Positions 35,088 to 48,535 of a DNA stretch of 64,000 nt are shown one piece after another. Origin of the DNA: Selaginella moellendorffii. Lineage: Eukaryota; Plantae; Lycopodiophyta. The notes under the pieces were generated by a model. The model was not told the DNA's origin, searched no databases, and worked only from the letters and a program-made list of their open reading frames with translations. A program made the translations under genes and the position numbers. The DNA is taken from assembly GCF_000143415.4 (NCBI RefSeq), contig NW_003314264.1:1318733-1382732 (forward strand), in the 5' to 3' direction. The number at the start of each line of letters is the position of its first letter. Within the stretch, counting starts at the first letter, position 1.

Positions 35088-35371
35088 GATCACTACTTGG
35101 ATTGATGGAAAACTATCCTCCCTTGATCGAACTCATACAAATGAGATGCATGTTGTGTATAGGCTGAAAACATTATTCGTCAAAATGCACTTGTTGTTAA
35201 TTCTGGTAGGCAATTAATCTCGTTGCATACGCAGAGATGAAAACAATGATCTGAGTGGGTATATGTTTAAAAGACTGCTACTTGATTGTCACAAAATTAG
35301 CACGTCATTGTTTAAGTTTTTCAAGAGAGACACGCCATTATCGTTAAATTTCCAAACAAAAGAAACGCACA

Positions 35372-38300
35372 TTAGCTGGAGACGCTCTTGACGGTTGGAG
35401 CGTAGTATCCAGCCATGGAGCTCCCATTGCTATACGAAACCTGCTGCTGCTGGAGGTGCTGGTCCGAGTAGAGAGGGGATCGTTGTTTAGCCTTGACATG
35501 CCTCGGCGACTGATGTGAGTAACTTGGCAATGCTGCGCTGCCACCTTCGTGAACTAGATATGTCGACACTCCCTGAGGCTTTGGAAGGCCGGTGGAGTCT
35601 TGAAACAGAGCCTGCCCGGGCCTGGAATGCGCGTCCGCGTCGACTGGAAGGTCTTCTAGTGTCTGTGGTCGAGGAAATAAAACTCAAACAAGCTGAAAAG
35701 GAAACATGACAAAACACTTACCACCACCGCTTGCTGCAGCACCCGCAACACTTCCCTGCAATGCTTCCGCCGGCTTGCAATGTCGTCTCTTTCTTGGAGC
35801 ATTTCTTCGAACAAAACCTCCCTGTCGCATAAAAAGTTGAATTGCATCTTTGGAAGAAGTTCTGATTACCTGTACAGTTTCTTAATCAGAAGATTGAGGA
35901 GTTCACGCTTGACATGGCCAACCTACAAACGTGCATGAGGCGAAGAACAGCAAGGTACAAAAAAAAGCTCACCAGGAAATGCATGATTGCCTTGGGTACC
36001 GCATCTTGGATATTTTTCCTCACAATTTCGTAGTAGGACTTGAGCAACAATCGCGTCACTGCAACCTCGACTCTTTCCTGCTCTGTTTGAGCGTCAGTGG
36101 CTCTCAAAATACCTGGCGGCTACATTGGACAGAGTAAACATTCATGCATGAAATATCGAAAACAGTGAGCACACCTCTTTGAGAATGATGGTGGAATATT
36201 TTGTTTCAAGGTCTTGTAATGGCTCGGGAAACGCTTTCACGATTACTGGGTCTTTGCTCTGTGCTTTCTCATGATGTCCGAATATAGAAGATATACCCCA
36301 CGTAGACGAGCTTTCCGTACCTTTGGATGAGACTGAGGATTTTCAAAGTAAGAAGACAAGCAGATTGCCTACCACCTTACCTGAAGGAACCGCAGGCTTG
36401 TCATGTTGAGCCGTGGTCGGACGCGCACTCTGAGTTACTAGTTTAGCTCAAAGCAAACAGTCACAGCAGCAAAAATACCTTAGGAAGCCGATCTGCACCA
36501 GACTCCTTCCACTCCAACGCATCCTGTCAGGATAGACGCTAGAGCAATGCTATTTAATGCTATTTATCAGAATACATGTACCTTAGAACCACGTTGCTGT
36601 TGTAGGGCAGTCTCTACTGCCTTGCTACCACCGATAAAACGTGGATGTGAGGTGTTAATATAATCCATCTGAGAACGAAACCACAATAAATCACCAATTT
36701 TGTACAAACAAAGAAGAAAATACCTCCATGTCAACAAGGTGAGATATCATTGTCTCAGTTGGAGTAAGCCCCTCACGCAAACATGTAGATACAGCCTCTT
36801 CTATTCGCCGTCGCAACACAGGAAACCTTTGCAATTCATTTGTCTCACATCTGTGTGACATCTGGAAGTATTGATCATCAGTACCGGTACAGTAGCACTG
36901 AGCCTTACCTTCACAAGTTCGTCATATATAAAACGAGCACACTGCAGACAAGGATCTAACAATCGCTCAATCTGCCTTCTTACAAGAACTTCGAAAGGAA
37001 CCTGGATAATGGGTCTAGCATCACAAATAATAAAGCGGAAGCTTCACTCACTTCTGGGACAAAGAGAATCATTTTTGGACCCGTGGCATTTTGAATAGCA
37101 GTGCGAATGTCTTCGTCGGTGAGATCATCACAAGGATCAACTTCCTAGTGCAGAATGGTATTAGTGACCAGCCTTGTGCATTAATCTTACCTCTAGACTT
37201 TTAACGAAAATGGATTGAAAAATGTAGTGTATGCGAGCACCACCGGAGAGTTCAGAGGTCGACATTTCCTGATTTTTACCATCAATAACCGACGAAAAAA
37301 CTGTAGAAACGCAGTTAAAAATGATATTTCAACATTACAGAAAATACCATGAAAATATTTTGTAAGAGCATTTAGCAGCATAGCCCCCTGTCCGGACTGG
37401 AAACGAAAATCGATTAGGTAGTGACAAAAAAATTTAAAGCCGGCTTACTTACTTTAGAGTCTGTTGCTTCACCATAGCTTGTAAGCTCTTTCAACAATGC
37501 GACCATTTGCGTGTTGATTCTTGTCTTTAATTCGGGAAGAACAGTCTTGATATGTTGCACTAAAATCTACGAAAGACGTGAGCCTTCAAGTTAACCTTAA
37601 CTGGTTCAAGTTCGTACTTGATTAAGCTTTTTCGCGAGTTGAGGGATGCCACATCTATCCAGAATGCTTTGGTACACCTGAAAAGTAAAGAGTTATTGAT
37701 AACAATGAATATGAATCTCACCGCTCAACTTCGGAAAAAATGCTCTTCCGCAACAAGAGCATCCTTGATCGGTTTGTTGGCATAAATATCCTGCAACCAT
37801 GCTTCATGAGAATTTTCAAACAAAAGAATGGCGAGCGAAAGACCTCTTGACTTCGATTGACCACGCCAACATAGCCTAGACGAAGTGGAATCACCGTTCC
37901 AAGAAGAATACTCCGCGCATCAGTCCCTCGATCCATTATATCTAGCTGCAAACAGAGGTGAATCCGAAAAGTTAAATGAGTACCTACCTTGGTGACGACT
38001 CCAATCGTTCTAGATCCTAACAAGTCATCAAGGAGCATTACTCAAGCCATGAAACACAAGATTGAAAGCATACCATCCGGATCGACAAGTTTGGCCATTT
38101 GGAGCGAGTCTGAGTTTGAAAGATCAGTGTTTGCGGGCGAGACAGCAAGAATGATACACGTCGCATGCTTGATATACGACAGGATCATTGCTCTGATGCG
38201 ACTTTCTATGTCCGAAGGCTGATCACCGACTGGAACTCTCGTCAACCCCGGGAGATCCACCAGCGTGATATTCAAAACATTGGGCGAAAAGATTTTCAGT

Positions 38301-38821
38301 CTGATTTGCTTGTCGGACACTCCTTTCTTGTCACCAAGTTCTCGTTCTGTCTCGGCCTAACAAAACAGAAAAAAGAAAACAAATCTCATGAGCTCGCATC
38401 GCAACGATAAGCTTACCTGGATTTCCTTGCGAATGTGTGAGAAATCCGTGAATCTCCGTCCAGGGAGGTGCAAAAACTCCCCCCACTCCGAGAACTCGCG
38501 GTCGTCCATTTTTCTTTGGACGTGAACAAGCTGCAAAACAAGTGGCCGCCGCGTGCAAATGTCGGGACCCCGAGGAAGAAAATCTCGCCCGACGAGCGCT
38601 TCCATGACGCTGGATTTACCGCTGCTCTGGCTCCCCACCACCGCTACCTGCGGCAGATCCACTGTGGAGGGACTGCCCAGCTGCGCGAAGATATCCTGGA
38701 GCTTGTTCATGATCGGGATCACGGACTGGCCAAGAAATGCTGGAAGCGCGGTGGGATGTGGAGGCGATCCCGAGCATGGCGACCCAGGAGTGGAGCTGGA
38801 GGGAGTGGATCCCTGCGACAT
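35372..38821 (-). CDS. DRP3: Dynamin-related protein 3 (mitochondrial/peroxisomal fission), multi-exon
   Basis: [49 protein letters not shown] region [27 protein letters not shown]-terminal DSTGLPK. Confidence 0.95.
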
Positions 38822-38920
38822 TGTGTCCCTACCTGGAGCCGCGAATCGCGATTGCGAAGAACCCTAGACTGTGACGAGCCGTTGGAACCCTAAATCTTTA
38901 AACTCCAAATGTTGAACCTT

Positions 38921-40504
38921 TTATCCAGTTTTCTTCTGGGAATGATCCAATGAATTTATGACAAGGTTGGAATGTTTTCTAGTGGTGAGAATCAATTCAG
39001 CGTTTGGGCGATCATTGTATTCCACCTGCAAGAAAAAATAAAATCTATCAGCACTTCAACCACAAAATTACAGAGATCTTACTCTGTTCTTCGCATGTTC
39101 TTTGGTTTTCCCTGTAAGAGAGAGAGAAATAAAAATAAAAATGACCACGATTAGTTTTGGAATAGATCGAACGCATGCCTGTTGATATGTGGCGAAGCTC
39201 CACTCTTTTCATGGCCGTGTCAAGGTCAAGCGAAATAAACCTGGAAATTTCGAAGCTTTAAACTCTACGATAAATGGAAAGGCGAATCTTACCATCGTTC
39301 ATCAAACAAGTTCTTTAGTTCTTTCCACTCGCCATCTTCAAGCAAAAGATAATTCCCTTCCACAAGCACAACCTTATGTCTTGATAATTAAAAGAAAAAC
39401 TACAAGGTTAAAGGCGTGCTCGAGTGAACTCATACAGAATAGAAATACTTACTTTGGTGATACCAAAATGTCTTGCTCCACAGGATCGCCAACGCCATGA
39501 TCAAAAGATGGGAAATATGCCCATTGCTGGAACATCCTCACATTGTAAAAAAGAAGAAAAAGAAAAAAAGAAAAAAAAAATCTCAGAAACTTTTTACCTG
39601 ACTCCTCAAAGCTTTCAAACAATCAACCAGACCCGAGGGATTGAATGTCCAGGGAGCTGAAACAAAAAACATTGAGGATTACACAAGAACTTTCAAAAAT
39701 ATTATTATTTTTTCAACTCACCGCCTCTTCGAGCATGGGCTTCCTCTGGATCCTGGCGACGAAAACAAAAGAGTTGGCCCATTAATTTAAAGCAATTTCA
39801 TACCTCCATGGCATCAAGCTGGTGCTTGTAGAGATGAAATCCATCCATGGGAACTGCGATTGCAATCTCGGATACTAGTCCCGGATTCCTCTCCTGATGC
39901 AACTTATTCACTCTGCCAGAGACTTCGTTCGCCAGTGTGGATTTTCCAGCTCCAGGAGGCCCAGCAATTCCAACCAAGTATCTAGAAAAACATTGGCATT
40001 GTCACCCAGAAACCATTTTAATGATCTCCCAGAAACTTTGTTCCCTCCAAAACTTACTTGCTGCCGGGTTTCGCGGAAGAAGCTCCAAACAGCCTGTGAG
40101 CGAGTAGATCATATGTTTCGTGCATGGTACTAAAAATATCACGGATAAGAACCAAGAGGCTTGATTTAGAGTGATTACCTTGCTTGAAGAGTTATTTGCT
40201 CATCCACGGTACTACAGAAGATCTGGAAAATTATCCATAGTCGTCTCAAACATGACAACAATCTGATCAGAGAAAAAGAACCTTTAGAGGCGAAGTTCTC
40301 CTCGTTTTATACTGGATTGGAATTCCCAGCGAGAACCTCGAATTTGGATGATAGACTCGACGAACAAAAGCCTTGGAAGAACACGAGGGATCGGCTGCTC
40401 CATAGCCGAGGAAGCTCCCATGGCTAGAAAAAAATCAAACGAACCAAACGAATAGATCGAATCAAAACGAATGAGGCTTACACCAAAGCCGCCGTTGGCT
40501 CCAT
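38921..40504 (-). CDS. P-loop kinase of the uridine kinase/phosphoribulokinase-like family, with probable organellar transit peptide
   Basis: Spliced exons give LVGIAGPPGAGKSTLA, PMDGFHLY, AHARRGAPWTF, FPSFDHGVGDP, GNYLLL, YNDRPNAELI. The start codon is inferred. Confidence 0.88.
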
Positions 40505-40636
40505 CCCAATGATCAAAGGCGATAAACTTTAGGGTTCTAACGGCGGTTGCCACGTAAGCAGGAGCATATTCTCTGGACAGCACTAGGGTTTAGAGCGAGC
40601 TCTCCTTTAAGCGCTAAATGAGAGAGGAGAATCCAA

Positions 40637-41709
40637 ATGGCCGCTGTTCAGAAGCTCTACGAGGCGTGCAAGATTTCGCTCACCTCCGCCGCCACCGCCA
40701 CCGCCGCGCCATCGCCGCTGGTCGTGAGGAAGATCTGCCACATTCTTGGTAAGGAAATCCTCGTTTTCCCTCGAAATCTCTCCGGGCACTCTCCAAATTC
40801 ACGGCTTTCCTTGCATGCCGCATCGGTCCGAGCAGACGGCATCACTTGCCCCGATGTGGGACTGAGCGAGGAATCGGTGAATCAGCTCAATCGCGGCCTG
40901 GGATTCTTTGGCGGCCAGAGGGGGCGGCACTCGAGCATGGCCGCTCGCTGGGCACCGCCAATCTCTTATCTCCATCTCCACGAGTCCAGCAATTTCTCGG
41001 TGAGTTCCTCGTCTCCTTTTCCTTAGTCGCAAAAGAAAATCGTTTTTTGCTCTCGCGAAGAGAATCAACTGGGATTCTTTCCTTTGCAGTACAGATGGGG
41101 ATTTTTTGTCTGCCAACCTCATCCGCAATTCCTCTCCACGATCATCCGGGAATGACTGTGTTTAGCAGACTCCTCTATGGGACACTACATGTAAGATCTT
41201 ACGACTGGGTCGATAAGCAACCGTGCTCCGATCCATCAAAACGTAAGTTCTCTCTTCTCTCTCTCTTCTCTCTTCTTCTCTTCCAAGTGTTCTAAGGTCG
41301 TTTCTTCCCTTCCTTTTGCAGCTAGACTAGCGAAGCTAGTTCTGGATCAAGTCATGACCGGTCCCTGCGACTCGGTTGTCTTGTATCCCAATTCTGGAGG
41401 CAACATTCACGCCTTCACTGCGATAAACTCGTGCGCCATCCTCGACGTTTTAGCACCGCCATACTGCCCTTCCACCGGTAGGCACTGCACATATTATCGA
41501 GCGTTCCCGTACTCTAGTTTGGCCGGTAAGTCTTCGCAAATTGACCTCTTTCATTGTTTTTCTCAGCTTTTTCGACCTTCGCAGCTGAGATGCACGACGA
41601 TAACAACGATTACGACGACGAAAATTATGTCTACTTGGTCGAATATAAACCCCCGGACGATTTTGTTGTCCAAAATGGCGTGTACACGGGTCCGAAGGTG
41701 AAGCCTTGA
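40637..41709 (+). CDS. PCO: Plant cysteine oxidase (ADO-like cupin)
   Basis: [54 protein letters not shown]-terminal YTGPKV. Confidence 0.95.
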
Positions 41710-41832
41710 AGTAATCCAATGCTTGCTATTGACAGTGGAGCTCGACCGAGTTTTTACAGCAGGGGCGTGTGTATTTGAGACGTATCACTTTGGTTTTTCT
41801 TTCTTTTATGTACAGGATGGCTGAGAGTACCA

Positions 41833-44744
41833 TCAAACTATTGTCCAGTCGCCACTCTCGGTGGAGCACAGCTTCTTCTCTTCGCCTTCAATTGGACTTG
41901 GAGCCTGTTTGTTCTTTCTATCAAACTTGGACTCGAAGAACTTGACGACGCTGCTCACTGCATTGTGGTGATTGCTGCTGGGAGGATGCTGCTGGTGCTG
42001 GTCCTCGTACGAGGTCTGCTTCTTTTGCAGTAACTTCCGGATATCGGCCAAGATGGTCTTGGACTCGGCCTTTCCAGCGAGCTCCTCTGATGGTGCTCGG
42101 ATCGCCCTCTCCATAAGTTCATACACCTTCGCAAAGAATAAGGAAGAGTACTAAGGCTTGTGAAATGAAGGAAATACATCTACCTCGCACAGATCTTCTA
42201 GAGTTCCGGAATCCATATGCCTGTGACATGTGGAGAGTATATAGTCCCGGCATTCCTTAAGACATCGTTGCAGAGGATCCTTCGCAGCTGATGGGTTTGC
42301 TTCAGCTATGGCGAATCCAGCGCTTACCTGTTAAGAGTTTCTACTGCTTACAACAAGGAAAAAAGAAATAGCAGACTCACAGCTGTTGTAAATAATTGCT
42401 CGAAAAAATCACCAGGACTAATCTTTTCTAGCGCCTCCAGGGTGCTCTCACTGGAAGAAAACAGTTAAGCTAACCACAACAACGATGGCAACAGTAATAC
42501 CCTGCTAGTTCTTCGTCGAACAGAGGCGCTTGCATCACGGCTGGAACTGGACGCGCTGACAACCAAAGCTCTTGCCACAAGTTACCTGTTGTTAGAGATG
42601 TATGTTAAGAATTTGCAAATTTTGAGAGCCTCTCGTGATTGAATACCTTCACTTCTCATCCTTGTGCTGAGGGAGCCCCGAAGCGATGGCTCATCGCCCT
42701 TTCCTACCGGATTTTCTTCTGTCCAGTCGAGCGGCGAATACCATCGGACAAAGTCTTCCAGGATACATCCGGGATTAGCAGCCTGCAACAACATCCAATG
42801 CTATATAAAACGTCCTTCGAATTTATCAAAGAAGCTCACCTTGAACGCTTGCATGTCGGAAAACAGCTGCGAGCACCCAGCGCCAAAACTGCAGTAATTC
42901 CATTTACCACGCAGAGAAATAGAAACAAGGAAACAAAAGTGTTATACGTTACCTTCCAGTCCGCAGCACCAGCTCCTCGGTTTCTTTGATCAATTCTTCA
43001 GTCAGAACAGGCCCTTCCTACAGATCACAACAATGAGAAATTCGCAAGGACAGAAAGAACGCATCTAATACCTGTGTGACGGGAGAAAATATTGGCTCGC
43101 CAGTTTCCAACATTATCAGATTTTCCGCTCGTCGATCCACACAATACCTCGGAACCACCTGGCCATCTTTGAGTCTGGCGAAGTGCATATCCGGGTTATC
43201 ACTTCCAGAGTCTGTAGGAAAGCGCTCCTGTGGAGCGTTCAAAGAATCCAAGGCAGCACATCGCCGATGCCTCCTTGCAATGCAGCAATTCAATACTTGT
43301 AATTGTTGAAAGAGAAGGCAGTAATTTAGATCGGGGCTAGAATCCTTTGGCATGCGAGGAATTGGTTGTCCCTCCTCCCAGCGTCGCCTGCACTGTTCCA
43401 AAAATTTCAAGGATCCTCGACATAAAAAGTTAAAAGCATAAGTACCTCTTTCATGACCTCTAGCCAAAACTCTGCCATCTTGTGCTCGACTTTCAGACCA
43501 GCAATAACTTCTGCTAGCTGTGAAACAAAGCTTTCAGGAGGAGCACCGTGTAGCTCCTCGGGAAGCTTGTGCTGGCTAGAGAACTTCTTGAAACTGCCTT
43601 GATGTTGAGTTTCTGCAATGTCTCAAAGAATTATATCGAGCAAAAGTTTAAACAACGGCACTACCTGCGTCAAAAAGCGACCACAATAAAGAATGGTACC
43701 TTCCAGAACTCCGAATTTGCGTTTTGGTCCTTTTATCCTTTTCCCGTAAAGAGATCTTCTTTAGTCCCGAGACAAGAGATGACCAGTCACTAGGGTCTTT
43801 ATCCGTGATCTCGGACAAAGCCAAGTCCTTGCAAGTTTCGAAACACCTTCCAACTCTAAAATTCGGACAGAGATCAAATTCCTTCGGGAAAGAAAAAGAA
43901 AAAAGCACGTACTCGGTTGCAGAAGCGAGACGTCTCACAAGAATAGATGGAGGTATAGCAGCCACAGTGACGGCCTTCTTATATGCCTCCTCCTCAGCCG
44001 GATCCTTTGTGGGACTCTGCGGAAAAGCAAACATCTCATGTAAGCTCTCGTAAGCAGCATCTCCCATGTCGAGAACCTCTCTGGCAATGCTAGCAACGGG
44101 ATGTACGGTCTCGTTCGAATATAAACCCCGTTTAACTCGCCTGACAGCTGCAAAGTACCGCCTCCAAAATTCCTTCTCCTTCATCGCTTTGGGAACAAAG
44201 TGAAAACGCAGACCCTGAAGGTCTTTGTCTAGCTGACAGTTGAAAAGATTTTAATTCCTCGGTAAGATGAAAAGAACAGTTCCAGTACCTCCAAGATACG
44301 CATCGCAGCTTCCATGTCAACTTGCATTCCCCCATCCGGTTCGCAGTAAAGAAAATCCGAGCTCTGCGAGAACAGCTAAGACACCTGCACCAGAGATGAA
44401 AGAACCTCCACGTACCTTGGAAACTTCCAGGATTCTTCTGCGGCATTCCTCTTCGAGACCCTTTTCCAGCTCCGTTTTCCCGACCCAAGGAAGCTCTCCC
44501 GGCTCATCTAAAACATAAAAAATAAACTCTCTCCAAACCTTCGAATGAAAAACAAACAAAGTCACACAACCTTGTGCGTGAGAAGAAAACTCCGATACAA
44601 AATCCGCCTTGATTTCAGTCAGCACGCGCTCCGCCTTGGCCGCAGCATTCTGGAAAGCTGGGCAAACGATCGATCGATCCAAAGAAAAGCAAAGAAAATG
44701 GAATGATCACCTGTTTTGGCCTTGGACACGAATTTGGACTCCAT
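41833..44744 (-). CDS. Rab3 GTPase-activating protein catalytic subunit
   Basis: N-terminus MESKFVSKAKT...AAAKAERV, PDLNYCLLFQQLQVLNCCI, AFKAANPGCILEDFVRWYSP, C-terminal DWTIV. Multi-exon. Confidence 0.92.
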
Positions 44745-45545
44745 CCAAGCGATCGCCCGCCTACATTGCAGCTGAGGCGATCGATCCAATCCCCGTCCGG
44801 CGCGCCGATCCACCCCCGAGAGAGAGAAACCACAAAACACCAAACCCTAGCCTCTATTTCTCCGTTTTACAAAGTCAATAAAAAAAACGGAATATGCTTT
44901 GGAGCATAAGTTTTAGCATATTCTCGCAATAACCCAAATAGTGTCACGCGTTCTTCTCAATGTTTCCTTGACGGCTCAATCATATGAATGGCGTGTCAAG
45001 CAAATCAACATTATATTTATTTATCAATGCGATTCTCCCTCGATTATATCTTCCTCGATCCTTTCACTTTCAATCACCTGGATCAGGGCGGTGCTACATG
45101 TCCAAAAATCCGAGGAGCGATCCAAGAGTGCGTGTTCTTTTTCCTAATCTTCAATTCTCTGGTGATAAATCTCCCACCACCCTTTCCAGCATCATAGCAC
45201 TGCATGCGCGTTATGTGGTTTACGTGGCATTTGATCCAGTCAAGAAAATCGATCCGGGCAAAGTCCGTCCCAAATGTTTTTTGATCCTTTGGAAATGGAA
45301 TATCAGTGAAAAAACTTTATGTGTTTACAGGTGTTAAAAAACTGGCGAGTTGTTTGCGTGTATAAATGTGGCACCGTGGCTTGATCCCGGACCTATCGCA
45401 GCGCTTTCCTCGATCTAGCAATCTCCCCCTTCCTCCTCTTCGTCTTTATCGTAGAATTCTTGCCCACTCTATCCTTTTGATCGTCATCATCATCGTCAAT
45501 CACCTGAAAGCAACGAAAAAATCTCGCAAAAAGGATTAGCTAGAA

Positions 45546-46579
45546 ATGCCTCTCCAGGACACTTTCCCAAATTCTCTAGACCTGGAGCAAGGTGACAACG
45601 CCATCATTGCGGTCGGCGGCGACAAAATCCAAAGCCGCCCAAGAAGCTTGGAACTCTTGAAAAAGGTTTGGTGATGATCATCATCGCAAAAACTTTATAA
45701 ACTGGGGCAATTAACGATGTGTTCCTTGGATTCGTTCGTGAAGGTCTTGGCGGAGTTCTTGGGCTCTCTCGTGCTCCTCCTCGGCTGCGCGGGCACCGCG
45801 ATCCTGGCGAGCAAGCCATCCAACGGCTTTGGGATACATGGAATCTCGGCCGGGGCCGCATTGACGGTCATGATCGTCATCTTCTCCACTGGACACATCT
45901 CCGGTGCCCATGTCAATCCAGCCGTCTCTCTCGCCTTTGCCTCGCTCGGCCGATTCCCATGGATACAGGTTCGAAGCTCCTGTCCCGTTTCTATCTAATC
46001 GCTAAACTCTGTTTCTTCTCTTGTTCTATTTGAAAGGTTCCACTCTACTCTGGAGCGCAGTTCCTGGGATCTGTGTGTGCCTCTTTCCTGCTCAACGCGT
46101 TATTCCAGGGAGATCCAAACATCCATGCCGGGGTGACCGTCCCCTCCAACACCGAGTGGCAATCCTTCGCGGTGGAGCTCGTCATATCTGCCATCTTGAT
46201 GTTTGTTGTTACAGCAGTGGCGACGGATCCACATGCAATTGGAGACTCGGCAGCGGTGGCAGTGGCCGCTACAGTCTATCTCAACAATCTCCTTGCCAGG
46301 TTTCTAGTTCTCTTCGATCTTCCTCTTCTTGCTTGATTAGCAAAGTTGGTAGTTCTTTTATCCAGCATTCTAGGAAGAGAGATTCACCCTTTTCTTTGCT
46401 AGTTGACAAGTTTGGTGGTATTGTTTAGTGCAATCTCTGGAGCTTCCATGAATCCCATTCGGACATTTGGTCCGGCTCTTGCTGCTGGAGAATACAGAGG
46501 ATTGTGGGTGTACTTCTTTGGGCCGATTTTGGGAACTCAACTGGGAGCTGGATTCTACACTTTGATCCGCTCCAGCTGA
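45546..46579 (+). CDS. NIP: NOD26-like intrinsic protein (NIP aquaporin), 4 exons
   Basis: [50 protein letters not shown]. Confidence 0.93.
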
Positions 46580-47262
46580 TTGTCAGCCAAGAAAGTTCTA
46601 TCAAAAAACCTACACCATGTAAATCGTTATACAAATTTGAAAAATTCCAGTTTTGTGACCTCGAAAGAGCACAAGTAGAATAGAAAGACATTGACACGAG
46701 ATTTGGTGATTATTCCCGTGGCTCTGGCTCGGTTGAAATCACAGAAATCTTTGGTGTGGAACCCGCGATCCAGCAACTGGCTGGAAAATGGTCGGTCCAA
46801 TATGATTCGCAAATTATAATGAACTTTTCCCTTTGGAAAGACTTTTTTCTCGCTTGGCCGAAACGAATTTTCCTATACAAGACAATGGCTACGAATCGAG
46901 CTTGCTCTGTACAATTCACGAATCAATTCGTGCAGTGCTGAGAAAGCTTGCGTATGAAAACATGTTTCAGGAGAGATTGACATTGATCGAAACGCATCTT
47001 GGGTATTGAAAAGTTGCTAGGGTGTGAACGTTCGTCGGCCAGATTGATCCATGGATGGATGGAGGCTGGAATCTAAACTTTCTCTCATTGTGGGGTACGA
47101 AACTTTACCCCTTCTTTCGGTCCACTTGCAAGGACATTGCTGGATTCATGGAGACATAGCCTAGCTAGTGCTTTAAGCGCTTGCAGATTGAATTTTTGCA
47201 GGATCAAACCCATTGGTTGTAATTAGAGGAATATTTATTATCTCCACCGCCCAACGCTTAGC

Positions 47263-48535
47263 AATGGCAGATGCTGTTCAAGAGAGTGTGGCACCACTGG
47301 TGGGTATGGGAGATCATAGCAAGGTCGACCTCCCTGGTGGAGCTACTTTGCAAGCAATGCAAGAACTATCTTGTGGAGGTAACGCAAGACATCATGAGGA
47401 CGACATCGAGACATGGATGAAAGCTTGAGGGCGGCCCTCCCCAGCAACCAGGCAGATGAGGCTCTGCTCAATCTCAAACATTGTAGCCAGGGCTTCAATC
47501 GCAGCATTGACCAGGGCGGCTAAGCATGCGGTAATCCAGATGCTTGTTTGCGAGAAAGTGCCCTGGGGTCTGTCATCAGTGATCAGTGTTCGCAACCAAA
47601 GGCTGAGGCATGAGGCATCGCAACACCAGGCCATACTTGTGGGACAGAAGAAGTGGATCGATTGGCACCGCAGACTTACGTTGTGATGCGGTGGATGGTT
47701 CTACTGCTCACACAATTCAAAGTTACAGGGAGAGTACCCGAGTTTCTACGAGGAGAAGAGAGGTTCTTAAGCTTCCAACATCCTCGGCATTACCTCGAAT
47801 GAGCCAGGTCAGTTCTCATGTTTCCATGGAGGCCTAATTTTATCCTATGCTGATTTCTGCCTAGACAATGACAGTATCAAGGTCAGCATCAGTACTTTTT
47901 GCTGGCTGATACCACGCTATGTGAAGCCATTGCGGGAATTCGACACCTGTTGCTGCATACATCACGATCAAATGGACCTCATGCACAGTGGTTTGATGAG
48001 ACTAAGAAGTTCTTGCAAGGAGGCCCATAGAGCACCTTGTTTATGCCCGTGTGGCCAGTGGACAGGGAATGGCTGCTCTGCTAATGTACAACATTGGGGA
48101 GAGCGTCTTTTGTCCGAAGCTAGCCGGAGTCCTCGTGGTACTACGTGTGGGCGGGCACGAGTACACATCCATGCAGCATGTTTGAGTGCAATGATAGGAA
48201 TATTCTGTCCAAACATCCAACTTTAACATGGTCTTGGAGGCACGAAACAATACAGGGAGTGAATTTCTGCTTGCGTTCAAGTCTGGGCTTGCATGTTACA
48301 TTCCACATGCTTCACAGGTGGTTATTTGGATATTAATCATATGAAGAAAGTAGGGAATGTATATAGCACTTTATACATGAGAAATATACATAGAGTTCTA
48401 CTTCAATGTATTGGAGGCAGCATACAGCCACTGCTTACTCGACCATCTGCAGCAAAAAGAATTGAAAGCATTCCAAATACCTGGCCACGGGAGCACTTGC
48501 CAAATAGACTTAATGGAGAGAGCCAGACCAGTTAG
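47263..48535 (+). pseudogene. Degenerate coding-like segment of unknown family
   Basis: GC-balanced, protein-like reading frames broken by stops (e.g. 47213-47428 continuing into 47456-47686). No confident motif. Confidence 0.3.
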
